A stretch of DNA of 64,000 bases from Octopus sinensis (taxonomy: Eukaryota). Every line of letters begins with the position of its first letter. The first letter of the stretch is position 1. Location: positions 87,234,001 through 87,298,000 of the forward strand of contig NC_043000.1 of NCBI RefSeq assembly GCF_006345805.1. Reading direction: 5' to 3'. The translations under genes and the position numbers were made by a program. Below, piece by piece: positions 40,330 through 53,700 of the stretch. The notes below the pieces were generated by a model. The model saw nothing but the letters and a program-made list of their open reading frames with translations, ran no database searches and was not told the origin of the DNA.

Positions 40330-41545
40330 TGTTGAAAAGGGACACACGAGTTGATATGTATAAGAAAAATAGGACAAGGTAGAAAATGTTAAGATAATTT
40401 TATCATGAAGAACATTTTAGTATCGGTTTCAGTCTTTGCGACATTTCAACTTAGAGCAAAGCATGAAAAACAATTAAATTATGGAAAAATGAAACGAAAT
40501 GGTAGTTTAAAATATTTCCATAATCTTAAAATAAGTAGGGCATTTTCCTTTTTTCTGTCTCTCTCTCTTTTACTTCTGTGAAGGCTTGGTAGGTAGGTTG
40601 TAGCAAATCTGAATAAATATTTAATATGAGGGATGTTAGTTTTGGATTTTGATTGTTTAAGCAGGAGTATCCGAAGAAAAAGACGGATAATAATAATAAG
40701 AAGAAGAAAAATAAGAATAAGAATAAGAATAAGAAGAAGAAGAAGAAGAAGAAGAAGAGGAGGAGGAAGAAGAAGAAAGAAAGAAAGAAGAAAAAACGAA
40801 GTGGGAGTAGTGAAAGAAGAGAAAGAGGAAGAAAAATGACGGGTGTGGTACGACAGTAATAGACTGTTGGTAGAGTCTTCTTAAATGGTCAAGTTACCTA
40901 AAAGTGAACTGTTGTGGTTATAGCAGTAGTGATTGAATTGTTCTGAATAAATTCATGGGTAGTGACTGTTCTGAACATATCGTTTTGAATATTTGCGTGG
41001 GTATTATTCTAAGGCCCTTGTAGTAGTGTCATCTGTGGTGGAAGCATTCAAAACGGGTTTATACTTTGCGATAAAATATGTCACTTTTCTAATGCTCTGA
41101 TTATAGGTTGCATCGTCCCTGAATTTATTGAGGAGAAAAATTCTGAAGTTGGGCTGTTCGTTAGTGGCGCAAATGTCGATGTGCCCGGTGAATGATTTTT
41201 CTGTAATCCTAAATTTGAATCTGGGAGCTATGTAGGGCCATCCTCTGTCGTAGACTGATTTTTGGTTTGGCCTATGTATTGCTCTCGACACCCTGAACAG
41301 GATAATTTATATATTAGATTTTCAGAAGCACATGTGAAGTTGTTTTTCCATGTAAAACGTTGACCTTGTTTGAAGGAGAACTCCGATTCCTCAATTAGGT
41401 TGACGCATATACCACAGTTAGTTCTTCCGCATTTTTTTTACTGACGGTTTCAATGTTGTTGCCAAGTGTACTTGGGTTTGTATTAGGAGACTTTTCATTG
41501 ACTTGGGTTGTCTTTTGTTCTTTATGAAGGTGTGCGTTTGGAGAT
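40330..41545 (-). mobile_element. 5'-truncated Penelope-like element (GIY-YIG plus tail), same family as 49099-50865
   Basis: KKCGRTNCGICVNLIEESEFSFKQGQRF..NNFTCASENLIYKLSCSGCREQYIGQTK; tail with degenerate hammerhead at 40418-40452. Confidence 0.88.
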
Positions 41546-41742
41546 GTAGTCAACCTCTATTCTAATATCCCCACAGCCTAAGGAATAGAGTCAATCCACA
41601 CCCCATAAAAAAAGAATTTGTAATAGAAGGGCTAAAATTCATCTTGAAGAATATTAGAAGTTCTAGATATTTAGCTCTCACTGAGGATAGAACACTTTTT
41701 TGTTGATCTTACCTTAACGGAACAATAAACTATATATAGAAG

Positions 41743-42531
41743 TTAATCGCCACATCAATATCGCTAGTAAAATCTTCTGCCAGTTTGTTAAAGATGCAGC
41801 ACTGCACCCTGTATATATAAGTTGTCAACTGGGGAGCGAACCCCTACTATCCTCTAGCTGACGACATGATCGCAAGACTGATTCGGTTTCGAGCTTGTTT
41901 GTTCATCCCTAGTCACGAACACCTGGTCGCCAGACAGATGGCCAAAGTCTGCACCAGGAAGCAATATATAGGAAGCAAATCGACCATCGGTCACTCATTT
42001 GCATCAAGCAAAGTAGCTAGTGGTAAAATCTCAATAAGATATAAGAGTAGTAACTATACAAACAAGTAAAGTTAATCACTACAGCAATATGGCTGTACAA
42101 TGTTACTACTTGTTTAACCCCAGGGAGATCTTTCGTCAGTTAGTTATAGGTGTAGCACTGCACCCAAGCGATTAACTTTACTTGTTAGTATAGTTGCTGC
42201 TCTCACCTCTTATTGAAATTTAACAACCAGATACTTTGCTTGTTGCAAATCAGTGACCGATGGTCGCTTTGTTTACTATATATTGCTTGCTAGAGCGGAC
42301 TCTGTCTGTCTCTCTTGCGACCAGGTATTCGTAACTGAGGATGACCAAAAATAGCTCGAAATCGAATCGGTCTCACGATCCTGGCGCCTGCAGGAGAATG
42401 GTAGGGGTTCGCTCCCTTGCTGGCAATATATATGTACAAGGTGCAGTGCTGCACCTATAACCAGCAGTGGAAGATCCACCTGGAGTTAAACTAGTAGTAT
42501 CATTGTACAGCCATATTGATTTGGTGATTAA
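41743..42531. repeat. Two diverging copies of a 356-bp non-coding, hammerhead-bearing monomer
   Basis: Minus copy 41743-42165 (~1.2 monomers, GCACTGCACC at 41799 and 42155); plus copy 42170-42531 starts and ends with GATTAA. Confidence 0.85.
42330..42377 (+). ncRNA. Type-I hammerhead motif (CUGAGGA core)
   Basis: CGTAA-CTGAGGA-T-GACC-AAAAATA-GCTC-GAA-ATCGA-A-TCGGT-C/TCACG; one mismatch each in stems I and II; degenerate homolog at 41871-41917 (-). Confidence 0.75.
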
Positions 42532-42777
42532 TATTTTCAAAATTGTGCCAAAAAACAAAAAGCTGAAGACAGACAAGTGAGGGAACAAAACGTGTATTAG
42601 TTTGACACTGACGAAAAATGGAAGTGTCTTTGACGCTTTGAGCTTAGCCTCCTCTACAGAAAGGAATGAGAAAAGAAGCAATGAAGAGAGGAAAGAAAAC
42701 GGTGAGAGACAAAAATATACACGTGTATATATATATATATAGTATATTATAGATATATATATATATATATATATATA

Positions 42778-43648
42778 CAGGTGTCCCCCCAAAATGTGTA
42801 CACACTTTAAATAATTGTAAAGTAGGTGTTTATTAGAATACATTTCATTTGCGAAATTCAATAGAATCTACAGACATTATTTATTGTTTTGTCAACGCCT
42901 GTTTTCAAACTGACGTCCGTTCTGGTCCGGGCTCTGCTGACAACGCGTTGTAATGGAATCGCAAATATCACGAAACAATTCGTTTGGTATTTGTGTGCAT
43001 TCTCGTTCAATGGCTGCTCTCAAATTAGCAACTGTTGCAGGTTTCATAGTGTAGACTTTGTCTTTTAGGTATCCCCATAAAAAAATATCTAGTGGCGTGA
43101 GTTCTGGTGAACGCGGAGGGTATTCAACGAAACCCAATCCACCTGTTTGGCAAGATCTCACCAAGGAAGGATTTAACATCGCGATGCTAGTGTTGGGGTG
43201 CCCCATCTTGCTGAAAATAAAACTCCTCATTTTCAAAGTCTTCTCTAATGCTTGGCATGACAGACGGTTGCAGCAAGTTCAAGTAAACAGGACCAGTCAT
43301 AGTAGCGTGAAAAAACGAATGGTCCAATTAATCCTCTTGAGGATAAGCCACACCACACTGTAACTCCTGGTAAATTAACATGGTGTTCCACTATAACATG
43401 CGGATTCTCAGGTCCCCACTAGGTGCAATTGTGGTGATTAATTGAACCATTTTATTCGAATGTGGCCTCATCACTCCACACAACTTTTGTTGGAAAGTGT
43501 GCATCTTCTACACATTGTGCCAAGTGCCACTCACAATACTACACTCTCCGGTCTGGATCATTGTCATTAATAGCGTGGACAAATCTTGGAAAGTAACTTT
43601 TCCATTGACAACGCTTCAAATGCGTTTGGACAGACGATTTTGAAATGC
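42778..43648 (-). mobile_element. Tc1/mariner element, probably DD41D group, 5' end missing
   Basis: [16 protein letters not shown] and YPPRSPELTPLDIFLWGYLKDKVY; TA plus CAGGTGTCCCCCCAAAATGTGTACACACTTT terminus. D-D spacing of 41 is inferred after repairing a small deletion. Confidence 0.85.
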
Positions 43649-43732
43649 CTACCTCACGACTCGCATATACATATCTATATCACCCATATATATACATATA
43701 TATAAGTGTATATACATATATATAATATATAA

Positions 43733-43787
<55 letters not shown>

Positions 43788-43799
43788 TATGTTATCCAA

Positions 43800-43880
43800 G
43801 GGAAAGGCAACGGTCCGGGATTTGAGCTCACAACCTCACGATCGTAAGCTCGACGCTCTAACCACTGAGCCATGCGCCTT
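43800..43880 (-). mobile_element. tRNA-like SINE head
   Basis: GGCGCATGGCTCAGTGGTTAGAGCGTCG..GTGAGCTCAAATCCCGG; acceptor stem does not close. Confidence 0.7.
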
Positions 43881-44536
43881 CACTGTATATACCATGGAAT
43901 ATACCATGATAGAAAATACCGTGGTGGAATTTACCTGGTGGAATTTACCGCAGTAGAATTTACCGGTCACCTCCACACACACTCATACGCGTGTACGCAC
44001 ATATACACCCGTACGCACATATACACACACAAATTCTCAGTCCATCATACGCACCCATGCAAACACATAGACACATGCACAATCACACCCACCCACTCAC
44101 ACACTTTTCACCTCTTTCGACTGTCACTATTGACCTGCTCACTGACCGACACAAATACAAACGCACGCACACAAATGCTACCACGCACATGCACACACAC
44201 ACACAAACACACACAAATTCTACTACTACTACACACACGTATACTACTCACACAAGCACACAGATCCTACCACACACACGCTGACCATCTTCACACTCGC
44301 CTGTTCCAAAAATCACTTTCCCTATCTCTTTCTACTACCGGTCACTTCAGCAATGTAGCTACATGTGTGCTGTTGGCGATTTAGTTTCATTCTTTGGTCT
44401 TTTTCCCTTTCTCATTTCTAAGCGAGAGTTAAACGTTAACCTCTCTCCTTTAACCGAGCGTCGAGTTAATGCATTTCTCACGCACGTCCTCATGCTGTCC
44501 GTTGTTATTTGTTTATTTAAATGGACTATGCACACA

Positions 44537-44589
<53 letters not shown>

Positions 44590-44699
44590 CACATATATTT
44601 TTATATCATATTAGAAGTGAAATGAAAAACCAAGACAGAACGAGTATCTCAAGTCATTTAGAATAATTTAATTAGGGTAAGGTGAATTTGAAGTATTAC

Positions 44700-44825
44700 A
44701 GCCGTTCCTGGGATAACCCAAGTGGTGGAATACCGGACGGTTGCAGACTGTTGAGGAATTCCTCAAAATAATGAACAGCATCATCCTCGTCGGTAACTTT
44801 GTCGATAGATTTATAGATGTGGCTA
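44700..44825 (-). mobile_element. Helitron RepHel (PIF1-like helicase) fragment
   Basis: [32 protein letters not shown] matches the conserved Helitron motif Y.S.D......A..YP.EFLNSL.P.G.PPH. Confidence 0.75.
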
Positions 44826-44941
44826 CCCCCACCCCTTCCTATCTCACTTGTTTTTTTCTCCCTAATCTTTCTGTGTCTCACGTATTTTTATCTAGAGAGA
44901 AAAAGAGTTAGAGGTAAGGAGAGAGAGACACATATACAATC

Positions 44942-44976
<35 letters not shown>

Positions 44977-45150
44977 AAGAAAGGAAGTGAGAGAGGTAGG
45001 GACATAAAGTGACATATAGACAAAGAGAAACCAGAGGTCCGGAGTCTCACTTGTTTTTTCTCTGTAACTCCCTTTCTCTGTCTGTCTCACATGCGTTTTT
45101 TTCTTCAGAGAGAAAAAGAGCGAGAGGTAATGAGAGAAATACACATATAC

Positions 45151-45184
<34 letters not shown>

Positions 45185-45415
45185 AGAGGAAGGGAGAGAG
45201 AGAAAGAAAGAGAGAGAGAGAGAGGGAGAGGAAGGGAGAGAGGGAGAGAGGGAGAGAGAAAGATGGAGATAGAGATATAGAGACATAGATTGGGATATAT
45301 AGACAGAGAGAAAGCAGAGGTCCGGCGGCGACTCCAAAGAAATAAATGTCTTGAATAAACTTAGAAAGCTTGAGGTGAATTGAGTGATAGGTGGAGTTTT
45401 TCACTCTTTAAAAAG

Positions 45416-46035
45416 CATTACGGTGAAATAGACAGTATGTGGCTTGCTAGAAATAGGAGGCAATCACCAACTCGGTGTCCTACTATTCCGTTTTCGGAAA
45501 ATAACTGCACAGTTATCTGCGGAATTGTCAAATTAATTTAAATGACACGAAAAACCTGAAATATTGTCAATTTTATTTAGTGATTTCAGCGGTGAGCGCA
45601 GACAAACAAATTTTGCTTTTTATAAGGATATATAGACATTAAGGTGAAACAGACAATACATGGATTGCTAGAAATAGGAGCAAATACACCACTAAGTAGG
45701 TCCCTCCAATCCGTTTTCGGAAAATATGTGCACAGTTATCTGCGGAATGGTCAAATTTACTTAAATGACACGAAAATCCTGAAATATTATGAGTTTCATT
45801 TAATGTTTTCAGTGGTCAGCGCCAACGAACAAACAAACTTCTTTTTATAAGGATAATGATATTGACATTACACTGAAAAAGACAGTATATGGATTGCTAG
45901 AAATACACCACCAACTCGGGTCCCCGCAATCTATTTTCGGAAAATAAGCGTACAGTTATCCGTGGAATGGTCAAATTAATTTCAATGACAAGAAAACTTG
46001 AAATATTATCAATTTTATTTAGTATTTTTAGGGAC
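45416..46035. repeat. Three diverged tandem units of ~220-230 bp
   Basis: CATTA..TGAAA.AGACA.TA.ATGG at about 45416, 45637 and 45866. Confidence 0.85.
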
Positions 46036-46075
46036 CAACATACAGTCACACACACACACACACACACACACATAC

Positions 46076-46639
46076 ATCTTATATAAAATCCGTTCTGTCT
46101 GTCTGTCTATCTTTGGAGTGTGTCTTCTCCCGGATCTCGGGCATCCTCCATCCGATTGCGCTCAATTTGATATGTAGATACCGACGGTATCAGGCGTGTA
46201 TAAGTCTTGAAAAAATTACAAAAATCGATTCCAGGTGAGAATGCGATCGATAAAGTGTTTGTGTCCTCTGCTTTCTTCTGTCTACACCTGTACATAACAA
46301 GCACCTTCCATTTCTTGTTGTTTTGTACTGCTTAAAGGCACGTTTCTTTCCTGCCAAGCTTACTGTTTAAAAACCATGTTTATGTTCTCCCAGTCAACAG
46401 CCTTATCATTACTGGTACTTTAAACTCTTCGCTTGCATATTTGTGTGAATAAAATCGTTTTTCTTTGGAATAGAAAAAAGTCTATCTTTATTTCTTCTTT
46501 TGCTGGTGTCTCAAATTTAGGTTAAATCAGTGTTTCTCAAAAGGGAGGCCTATGGGATGGTGGACATGTTGTTTTGAGAAAATTTGGTTGGTTTAACTGT
46601 TGGACAACTCAGCACCGTCCATTGGATGGGGGGCGTTTT
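46076..46639 (+). mobile_element. Non-autonomous Helitron-like element (repeated at 47148-47705)
   Basis: A|TCTTATATAAAATCCG..(CTGT)n..CCGATTGCGCTCAA 5' end; small hairpin followed by CTCG|T at about 47701. Confidence 0.5.
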
Positions 46640-46739
46640 NNNNNNNNNNNNNNNNNNNNNNNNNNNNNNNNNNNNNNNNNNNNNNNNNNNNNNNNNNNNN
46701 NNNNNNNNNNNNNNNNNNNNNNNNNNNNNNNNNNNNNNN
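46640..46739. other. Assembly gap (100 N)
   Basis: Run of N; about 970 bp on the two sides are near-identical. Confidence 0.99.
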
Positions 46740-47703
46740 GCTAGAAATAGGAGCAAATACACCACTAAGTAGGTCCCTCCAATCCGTTTTCGGAATATGT
46801 GCACAGTTATCTGCGGAATGGTCAAATTTACTTAAATGACACGAAAATCCTGAAATATTATGAGTTTCATTTAATGTTTTCAGTGGTCAGCGCCAACGAA
46901 CAAACAAACTTCTTTTTATAAGGATAATGATATTGACATTACACTGAAAAAGACAGTATATGGATTGCTAGAAATACACCACCAACTCGGGTCCCCGCAA
47001 TCTATTTTCGGAAAATAAGCGTACAGTTATCCGTGGAATGGTCAAATTAATTTCAATGACAAGAAAAACTTGAAATATTATCAATTTTATTTAGTATTTT
47101 TAGGGACCAACATACAGTCACACACACACACACACACACACACATACATCTTATATAAAATCCGTTCTGTCTGTCTGTCTATCTTTGGATGTGTGTCTTC
47201 CCGGATCTCGGGCATCCTCCATCCGATTGCGCTCAAATTTGATATGTAGATACCGACGGTATCAGGCGTGTATAAGTCTTGAAAAAATTACAAAAATCGA
47301 TTCCAGGTGAGAATGCGATCGATAAAGCTGTTCTTGTCCTGCTTTTCTTCTGTCAACCTGTACATAACAGCACCTTCCATTTCTTGTTGTTTTTGTACTG
47401 CTTAAAGGCACGTTTCTTTCCTGCCAAGCTTACTGTTTAAACCATGTTTATGTTCTCCCAGTCAACAGCCTTATCATTACTGGTACTTTAAACTCTTCGC
47501 TTGCATTTTGTGTGAATAAAATCGTTTTTCTTGGAATAGAAAAAGTCTATCTTTATTTTTCTTTTGTGCTGGTGTCTCAAATTTAGGTTAAATCAGTGTT
47601 TCTCAAAAGGGAGGCCTATGGGATGGTGGACATGTTGTTTTGGAAAATTTGGTTTAACTGTTGGACAACTCAGCAGCGTCCATTGGATGGGGGGCTTTTG
47701 CTC

Positions 47704-47746
<43 letters not shown>

Positions 47747-47760
47747 TATATATATATGTA

Positions 47761-50700
47761 TAAGGGTGAAAAGGAACACACGAGTTGATATATATGAAAA
47801 ACAAGTCAAAAATAGAAAATGCTAAATAATTTTATAGTGAACATTTCAGTACCGGTTTCGGTCCTTTTGAGATCTTTTCAACTGTAACGATTAAATAATT
47901 AAATTTAGAAAAATTAGAAGAAAGTTTTTTTAAAAGAATATTTCTATAGTAGTGTTCAGATTTAAGTGGCATTCTGCCTTTCTCTGACTCCTTGTTTGCA
48001 CTTGTGTCGGAGGTCGTTGTGAGTTCTTGGAAGGGTAGTAGAGGAAGAAGGCTTGTGGGGAAGGGGGATGGGAGAATCTGGGAGTGCCCTGATGGTCGTA
48101 TTTTGAATGGTCAGTGGCGGCTGGCAGTCTCAGTTCAATTCAGGAGAATATTTATATTGACAGGCTTGTTTATAGAATTAGCGTAGGTGTTATACTAAAA
48201 AACATTGTGACAAAGTTAAGGGGGGGTAGGGGGTGGAGAGTAGAAGAAGAAGAGAGAGAAGAAGAAGAAGAAGGAGAATGAGAAGATGACGATGATGGTG
48301 GTGGTGGTGATGATTATGACGACGATGCTGATGATAATGATGATGAAGAAGAAGAAGAAGAAGAAAAGAAGAAGGAGAGAAGGAGAAGATGGTGGTGATG
48401 ATGGTGGTAATGATGATGACGACGATGATGATGATAATGATGATGATGAAGAAGAAGAGGAAGAAGAAGAAGAAGAAAAAACAGAGAAGGGGGAATATGA
48501 AATGGGTGTAAGTATAGCTATGAAGGGGCTGATTAGTAATGGATTCTATGGAGTGTAATATTTGTGTGTGTATATATATTTTTTTCTTTTATTCTAAAGT
48601 TGAGGTATATTAATTGTTTGTCGTAGACCCGTTTAGTAGTGGCTTGGATTTTGTAATAAAGAGATTTTCTTTACTTATTCGTTGTCTCGAGGTTGTATCG
48701 AGGAAGGGGAGTTGTTGTTGGCTATATTCCATCGTGAATTGGATGTTTACGTCCAGTCCGTTTAAAATTTTCTGGAATTCTATGAGTTTTTCTATATTTT
48801 TATGCCAAAGGATGAAACAGTCATCTAGATATCTCTTCCAGTTGTTTTCTATGTAGATGGAGAAAGGGCTGCCGTATCTTTCTAGAACCTTACGATACAG
48901 ACTGATCTCTAGGTATCCTATGACTAGGTTGGCAAAGGAGGGGGCCATTCGTGTACCCATCGCAGTCCCCGATTTTTGTCGGTAGAAGTTGTCATTGAAG
49001 GCGAAGAAGTTATTTTCCAGGATGAATTTGACCCCTTCTATCACAAATTCTTTTTTGATGCGGTGTGGTAGTTCGTTGGCGTGATTCTCTAGCCAGAATT
49101 CCTCGATATCCTCATTAAGAAAGCTAATAATATAATAGAAACAGACATATACTATAAGCCTACAGACTCTAAGCAATATCTTCCATTCAATTCATGCCAC
49201 CCCAGACACACCAGGATGAATATCCCCTTCAATCTAGCAAAAAGGATATGCACTATAGTCTCTAACGCAAACACCAGAGACACACGACTACAAGAACTAA
49301 AAGATACCCTAATCACCAGGAACTATCCACCTTCACTTATTGACAAGTGCATTCAACGTGCCCTTCAACTTAACATCAAGGAACTGAGACATCCCAAATC
49401 AAAGAAAAACTTACAACCAAAAGCCTTACCATACATCTTCACACACAACCTCTCAATAACGAAGCCTTCGACACCATCCTCCACAACATACCCCTCCTAA
49501 AAAAAGACCACAGAATGAACACAATCCTCCAAACACACACGATCAAAAAGCAAAAGACAGCCTAGATCCATGAAAAGTCCTTACACAAGCCCGAATTCAC
49601 TCCTCAACACAGAAGCCGACAGTAAAAAAATGTGGAAGACCCAATTGCGGGATATGCGACTATCTAATTGAGGGATCAGAGTTCTCCTTCAAGCAGGGAC
49701 AAACGGTTTACAGTGAAAAGCAACTTCACATGTGCTTCGGAGAACCTAATATACTCACTAACCTGCTCCGGGTGTCAAGAGCAGTACATAGGCCAAACAA
49801 AAAATGGTTTGCGTAAACGAATGGCCTGCACAGATCCCAGATAAAAATTCCCCAAAACAGAAAAATAGCTTTTAGCCAACACATAGATACTTGCGCCAAC
49901 AAAAAAACACCAAACTTCAGAATTTTCCCCCTCTACCAATTTAGGGATGATACAACCTCGAGACAACGAATAAGTAAAGAAAATCTCTTTATTACAACAA
50001 AATACAAGCCACTTCTAAACGGGTCTACGACAAACAATTAATATACCTCAACTTTAGAATAAAAGAAAAATATAATACCACACAAATATTACACTCCATA
50101 GAATCCATTACATACTAATCAGCCCCTTCATACTACTTACTTACACCCATTCATATTCCCCCTTCTCTGTTTTTTTCTTCTTCTTCTTCTTCCTCTTCTT
50201 CTTCATCATCATCATTATCATCATCATCGTCGTCATCATCATCACCACCATCATCACCACCATCTTCTCCTTCTCTCCTTCTTCTTCTTCTCTTCTTCTT
50301 CTTCTCATTTCATCATTATCATCATCATCGTCGTCATAATCATCACCACCACCACCATCATCGTCATCTCCCTTCTCCTTCTTCTTCTTCTTCTTCTTCT
50401 TCTTTTCTCTTCTTCTTCTTCTACTTCTCCACCCCTACCCCTTAACTTTGTCACTAATGTTTTTTAGTATAACACCTACGCTAATTCTATAAACAAGCCT
50501 GTCAATATAAATATTCTCCTGAATTGAACTGAGACTGCCAGCCGCCACTGACCATTCAAAATACGCCATCAGGGCACTCCCAGATTCTCCTCATCCCCTT
50601 CCCCACCAGCCTTCTTCCTCTACTACCCTTCCAAGAACTCACAACGACCTCCGACACACAATGCAAACAAGGGAGTCAGAGAAGGCAGAATGCCACTTAA

Positions 50701-50865
50701 ATCTGAACCTACTATAGAAATATTCTTTTAAAAAACTTTTCTTCTAATTTTTCTAAATTTATTATTTAATCGTTACAGTGAAAAGGTCTCAAATGACCGA
50801 AACCGGTACTGAATGTTCAATAAAATTACTTTTGTTTTCTAACTTGTTTTTTCATATATATATAT
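47761..50865. mobile_element. Penelope-like element in a fold-back D'-B'-C-D arrangement
   Basis: Inverted tail D' 47761-48699; inverted RT core B' 48696-49110 (GTAMGTRMAPSFANL, RYLDD); forward thumb and GIY-YIG C from 49099 (FLDILIK..YKPTDSKQYLP..LIYSLTCSGCQEQYIGQT); tail D 49949-50865. Confidence 0.92.
47847..47884 (-). ncRNA. Hammerhead with U3-A8 variant core
   Basis: CAG-TTGAAAA-GATC-TCAAAAG-GACC-GAA-ACCGGT-A/CTG; partner copy at 50776-50811 (+) has a perfect GGTC/GACC stem II but one T fewer. Confidence 0.7.
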
Positions 50866-51112
50866 TCTTAGATTTACGAATCTGATCGATCACACAGCTT
50901 GCTCGTGAAATTACGTGCAATCTGACATTACAGAACGTGTACCTAATGTTCTATAATTTACATGATTTGAATACAAGTATCATTTTTGCATGATGGATAG
51001 CAACGTGAAATTTCTATTCGAACTTATTACGATCATATGCATCTATATATATATATATATATATATAATATTATATATATATATATATTACATATATATA
51101 TATATATCTATA

Positions 51113-51166
<54 letters not shown>

Positions 51167-51296
51167 ATATATATATATATATATAGATATATACACAATA
51201 TGCTAATGGTAGAGAATGGAATATAGGTTCTTAGCAAGATGATACTCTCCATTACTACAGAAAACATAGCAAACAGCCAATCGTCATAAAACTTAC

Positions 51297-51387
51297 ATTG
51301 CTACAAAAGCTTGTAACCGAACAACATTGAACCTCCGAAATTCTTGACACCAGTCGTGAGAGTATATGAATAAATTCCTGCCCAAAC
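51297..51387 (-). CDS. Candidate 91-nt internal exon
   Basis: Acceptor GCTACTTGCAG|, donor AAT|GTAAGT; two open frames (e.g. LGRNLFIYSHDWCQEFRRFNVVRLQAFVA); not recognised. Confidence 0.3.
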
Positions 51388-51410
51388 CTGCAAGTAGCAT
51401 TTGCACAAAT

Positions 51411-51702
51411 AAGGCAGCGAGCTGGCAGAAACGTTAGCAAAGGCGGCGAACTGTCAGAAACGTTAGCACGTCGGGCGAAATGCTTAGCTGTATTTCGATT
51501 ATCTTTACGTTCTGAGTTTAAATTCCGCCGCGGTTGACTTTGCCTTTAATCCTTTCGGGGTCGATAAATTAAGTACCAGATACGCGCTGGAGTCGATAAA
51601 TTAAGTACCAGTTACGCGCTGAGGTCGATATAATCGACTTAATCCCTTTGTCCTTGTTTGTCCCCTCTATGTTTAGCTCCTTGTGGGCAATAAAGAAATA
51701 AG
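51411..51702 (+). mobile_element. SINE S2 with duplicated head
   Basis: GGC(A/G)GCGA(G/A)CTG(G/T)CAGAAACGTTAGCA occurs twice. Confidence 0.9.
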
Positions 51703-52357
51703 AATTTGCACGAATAGATCACCGGAAATGGCCGCACTTAAACGTCTTTTCTTAATAACAGTTTAACTGAAGTATGGTCGATTGCATATAACTCCAGTTG
51801 TAATTGCAATAATAATTGCATGAATTATTTTCGCCAAGGAGAATCTAAATTGCCATTGTGTTGAATAATATTTCTGTCTGTACGGAAATTTTCTAATAAA
51901 ATTCACTTCTCTCTCTTTGTCTTTCTAGACAGCTAATAGACATCTGCAATATTAGCTTCTTCTTAGTGAAATACTTTCACAATGTGCCTTGCTTGTGTCT
52001 CCTTCTCATGCAAAGTAAATAATGTTGTGTAATAGTGTAATTAATAGGACCTGAGGTGCTTGGTAAAACAGTAGTTGTATAAAAATATTAAGAACTGTAT
52101 TGTCAGAACGAAAGGAAAAGTAAAGAAAATTTAGATAAATGCATAAAGGTAATACAATATATGATATTCCTTTCACTGTACTAACAAAATCAAAAATGAA
52201 ATGAACTTCCCACAAGACATCTCTCACTGTTGCTATAAAATATAATGAACAGCTGACATAAGACTTAATACACACACACACACACCACTCACACACACAC
52301 ACACACACACACACATGGACACATACAAACACATCGATTTACATAAATATGTAGCTC

Positions 52358-52404
<47 letters not shown>

Positions 52405-52603
52405 GTCTGTCTGTCTATCTGTCTGTCTGTCTGCATGTCTCGATTAAGTGGCATATCTATATAGATATATGCTTATATGTATATAAATATATAAAGCAGG
52501 TGTGTAATTCTACCTATATGGTGCTTTATTCTTGCTGGATATTAATATTATTTTAATAATATTTCTATTTTCATATATATATATATATTGTATATATAAT
52601 GTA

Positions 52604-53188
<585 letters not shown>

Positions 53189-53299
53189 CATAATTATACA
53201 TACGCTTATATGTATATTAGAATAGGTAAAAGAAAATACCTTGAAGGGGAATGAATCTAAGCAGTTTAAACAATATGATATAATTCAGTTCAATATGTG

Positions 53300-53334
<35 letters not shown>

Positions 53335-53574
53335 GTGCGTGCGTATGTGTGTGTGTGGGTATGTGTAAGTCTTTTCTTTTCATAGTCTTATGATATAGTG
53401 TTCTTCTAATCTTCTTATAATCGTTTTGTAAGAAACTCACAAGACTAGCAATTTTTTAGGGCAATAATTTTATTTGATTACACGGACTCCATTTCTTGAC
53501 TAAATTGACTCCGGCTAGATTTGAAATTAAGATGTAAAATGCTTGAATAAGTACCGTAAAGTTTTCCATCCGGC

Positions 53575-53700
53575 ACTCAAGTAATTCTGCCATTCTTTTA
53601 TACAGAAAAAAAAACAATATTCGTATTTATGCGCATGCGCAGTAACCCTTTTAGCCTTTCATATTATGCTCATACACCGACTTTTATCGGTAAACAATGA
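53575..53700 (+). repeat. ~125-bp segment with TGCGCATGCGCA palindrome; inverted paralog at 62045-62165
   Basis: TATACAGAAAAA..CAATATTCGTAT.TATGCGCATGCGC..TAACCCTTTTA.CCTTTCA shared between the two sites. Confidence 0.75.

Noticed and set aside
45667-47700. ~970-bp direct duplication on either side of the N gap
   Set aside because: It ends and starts exactly at the gap and differs mainly by single-base indels, so it is most likely an unmerged contig overlap.
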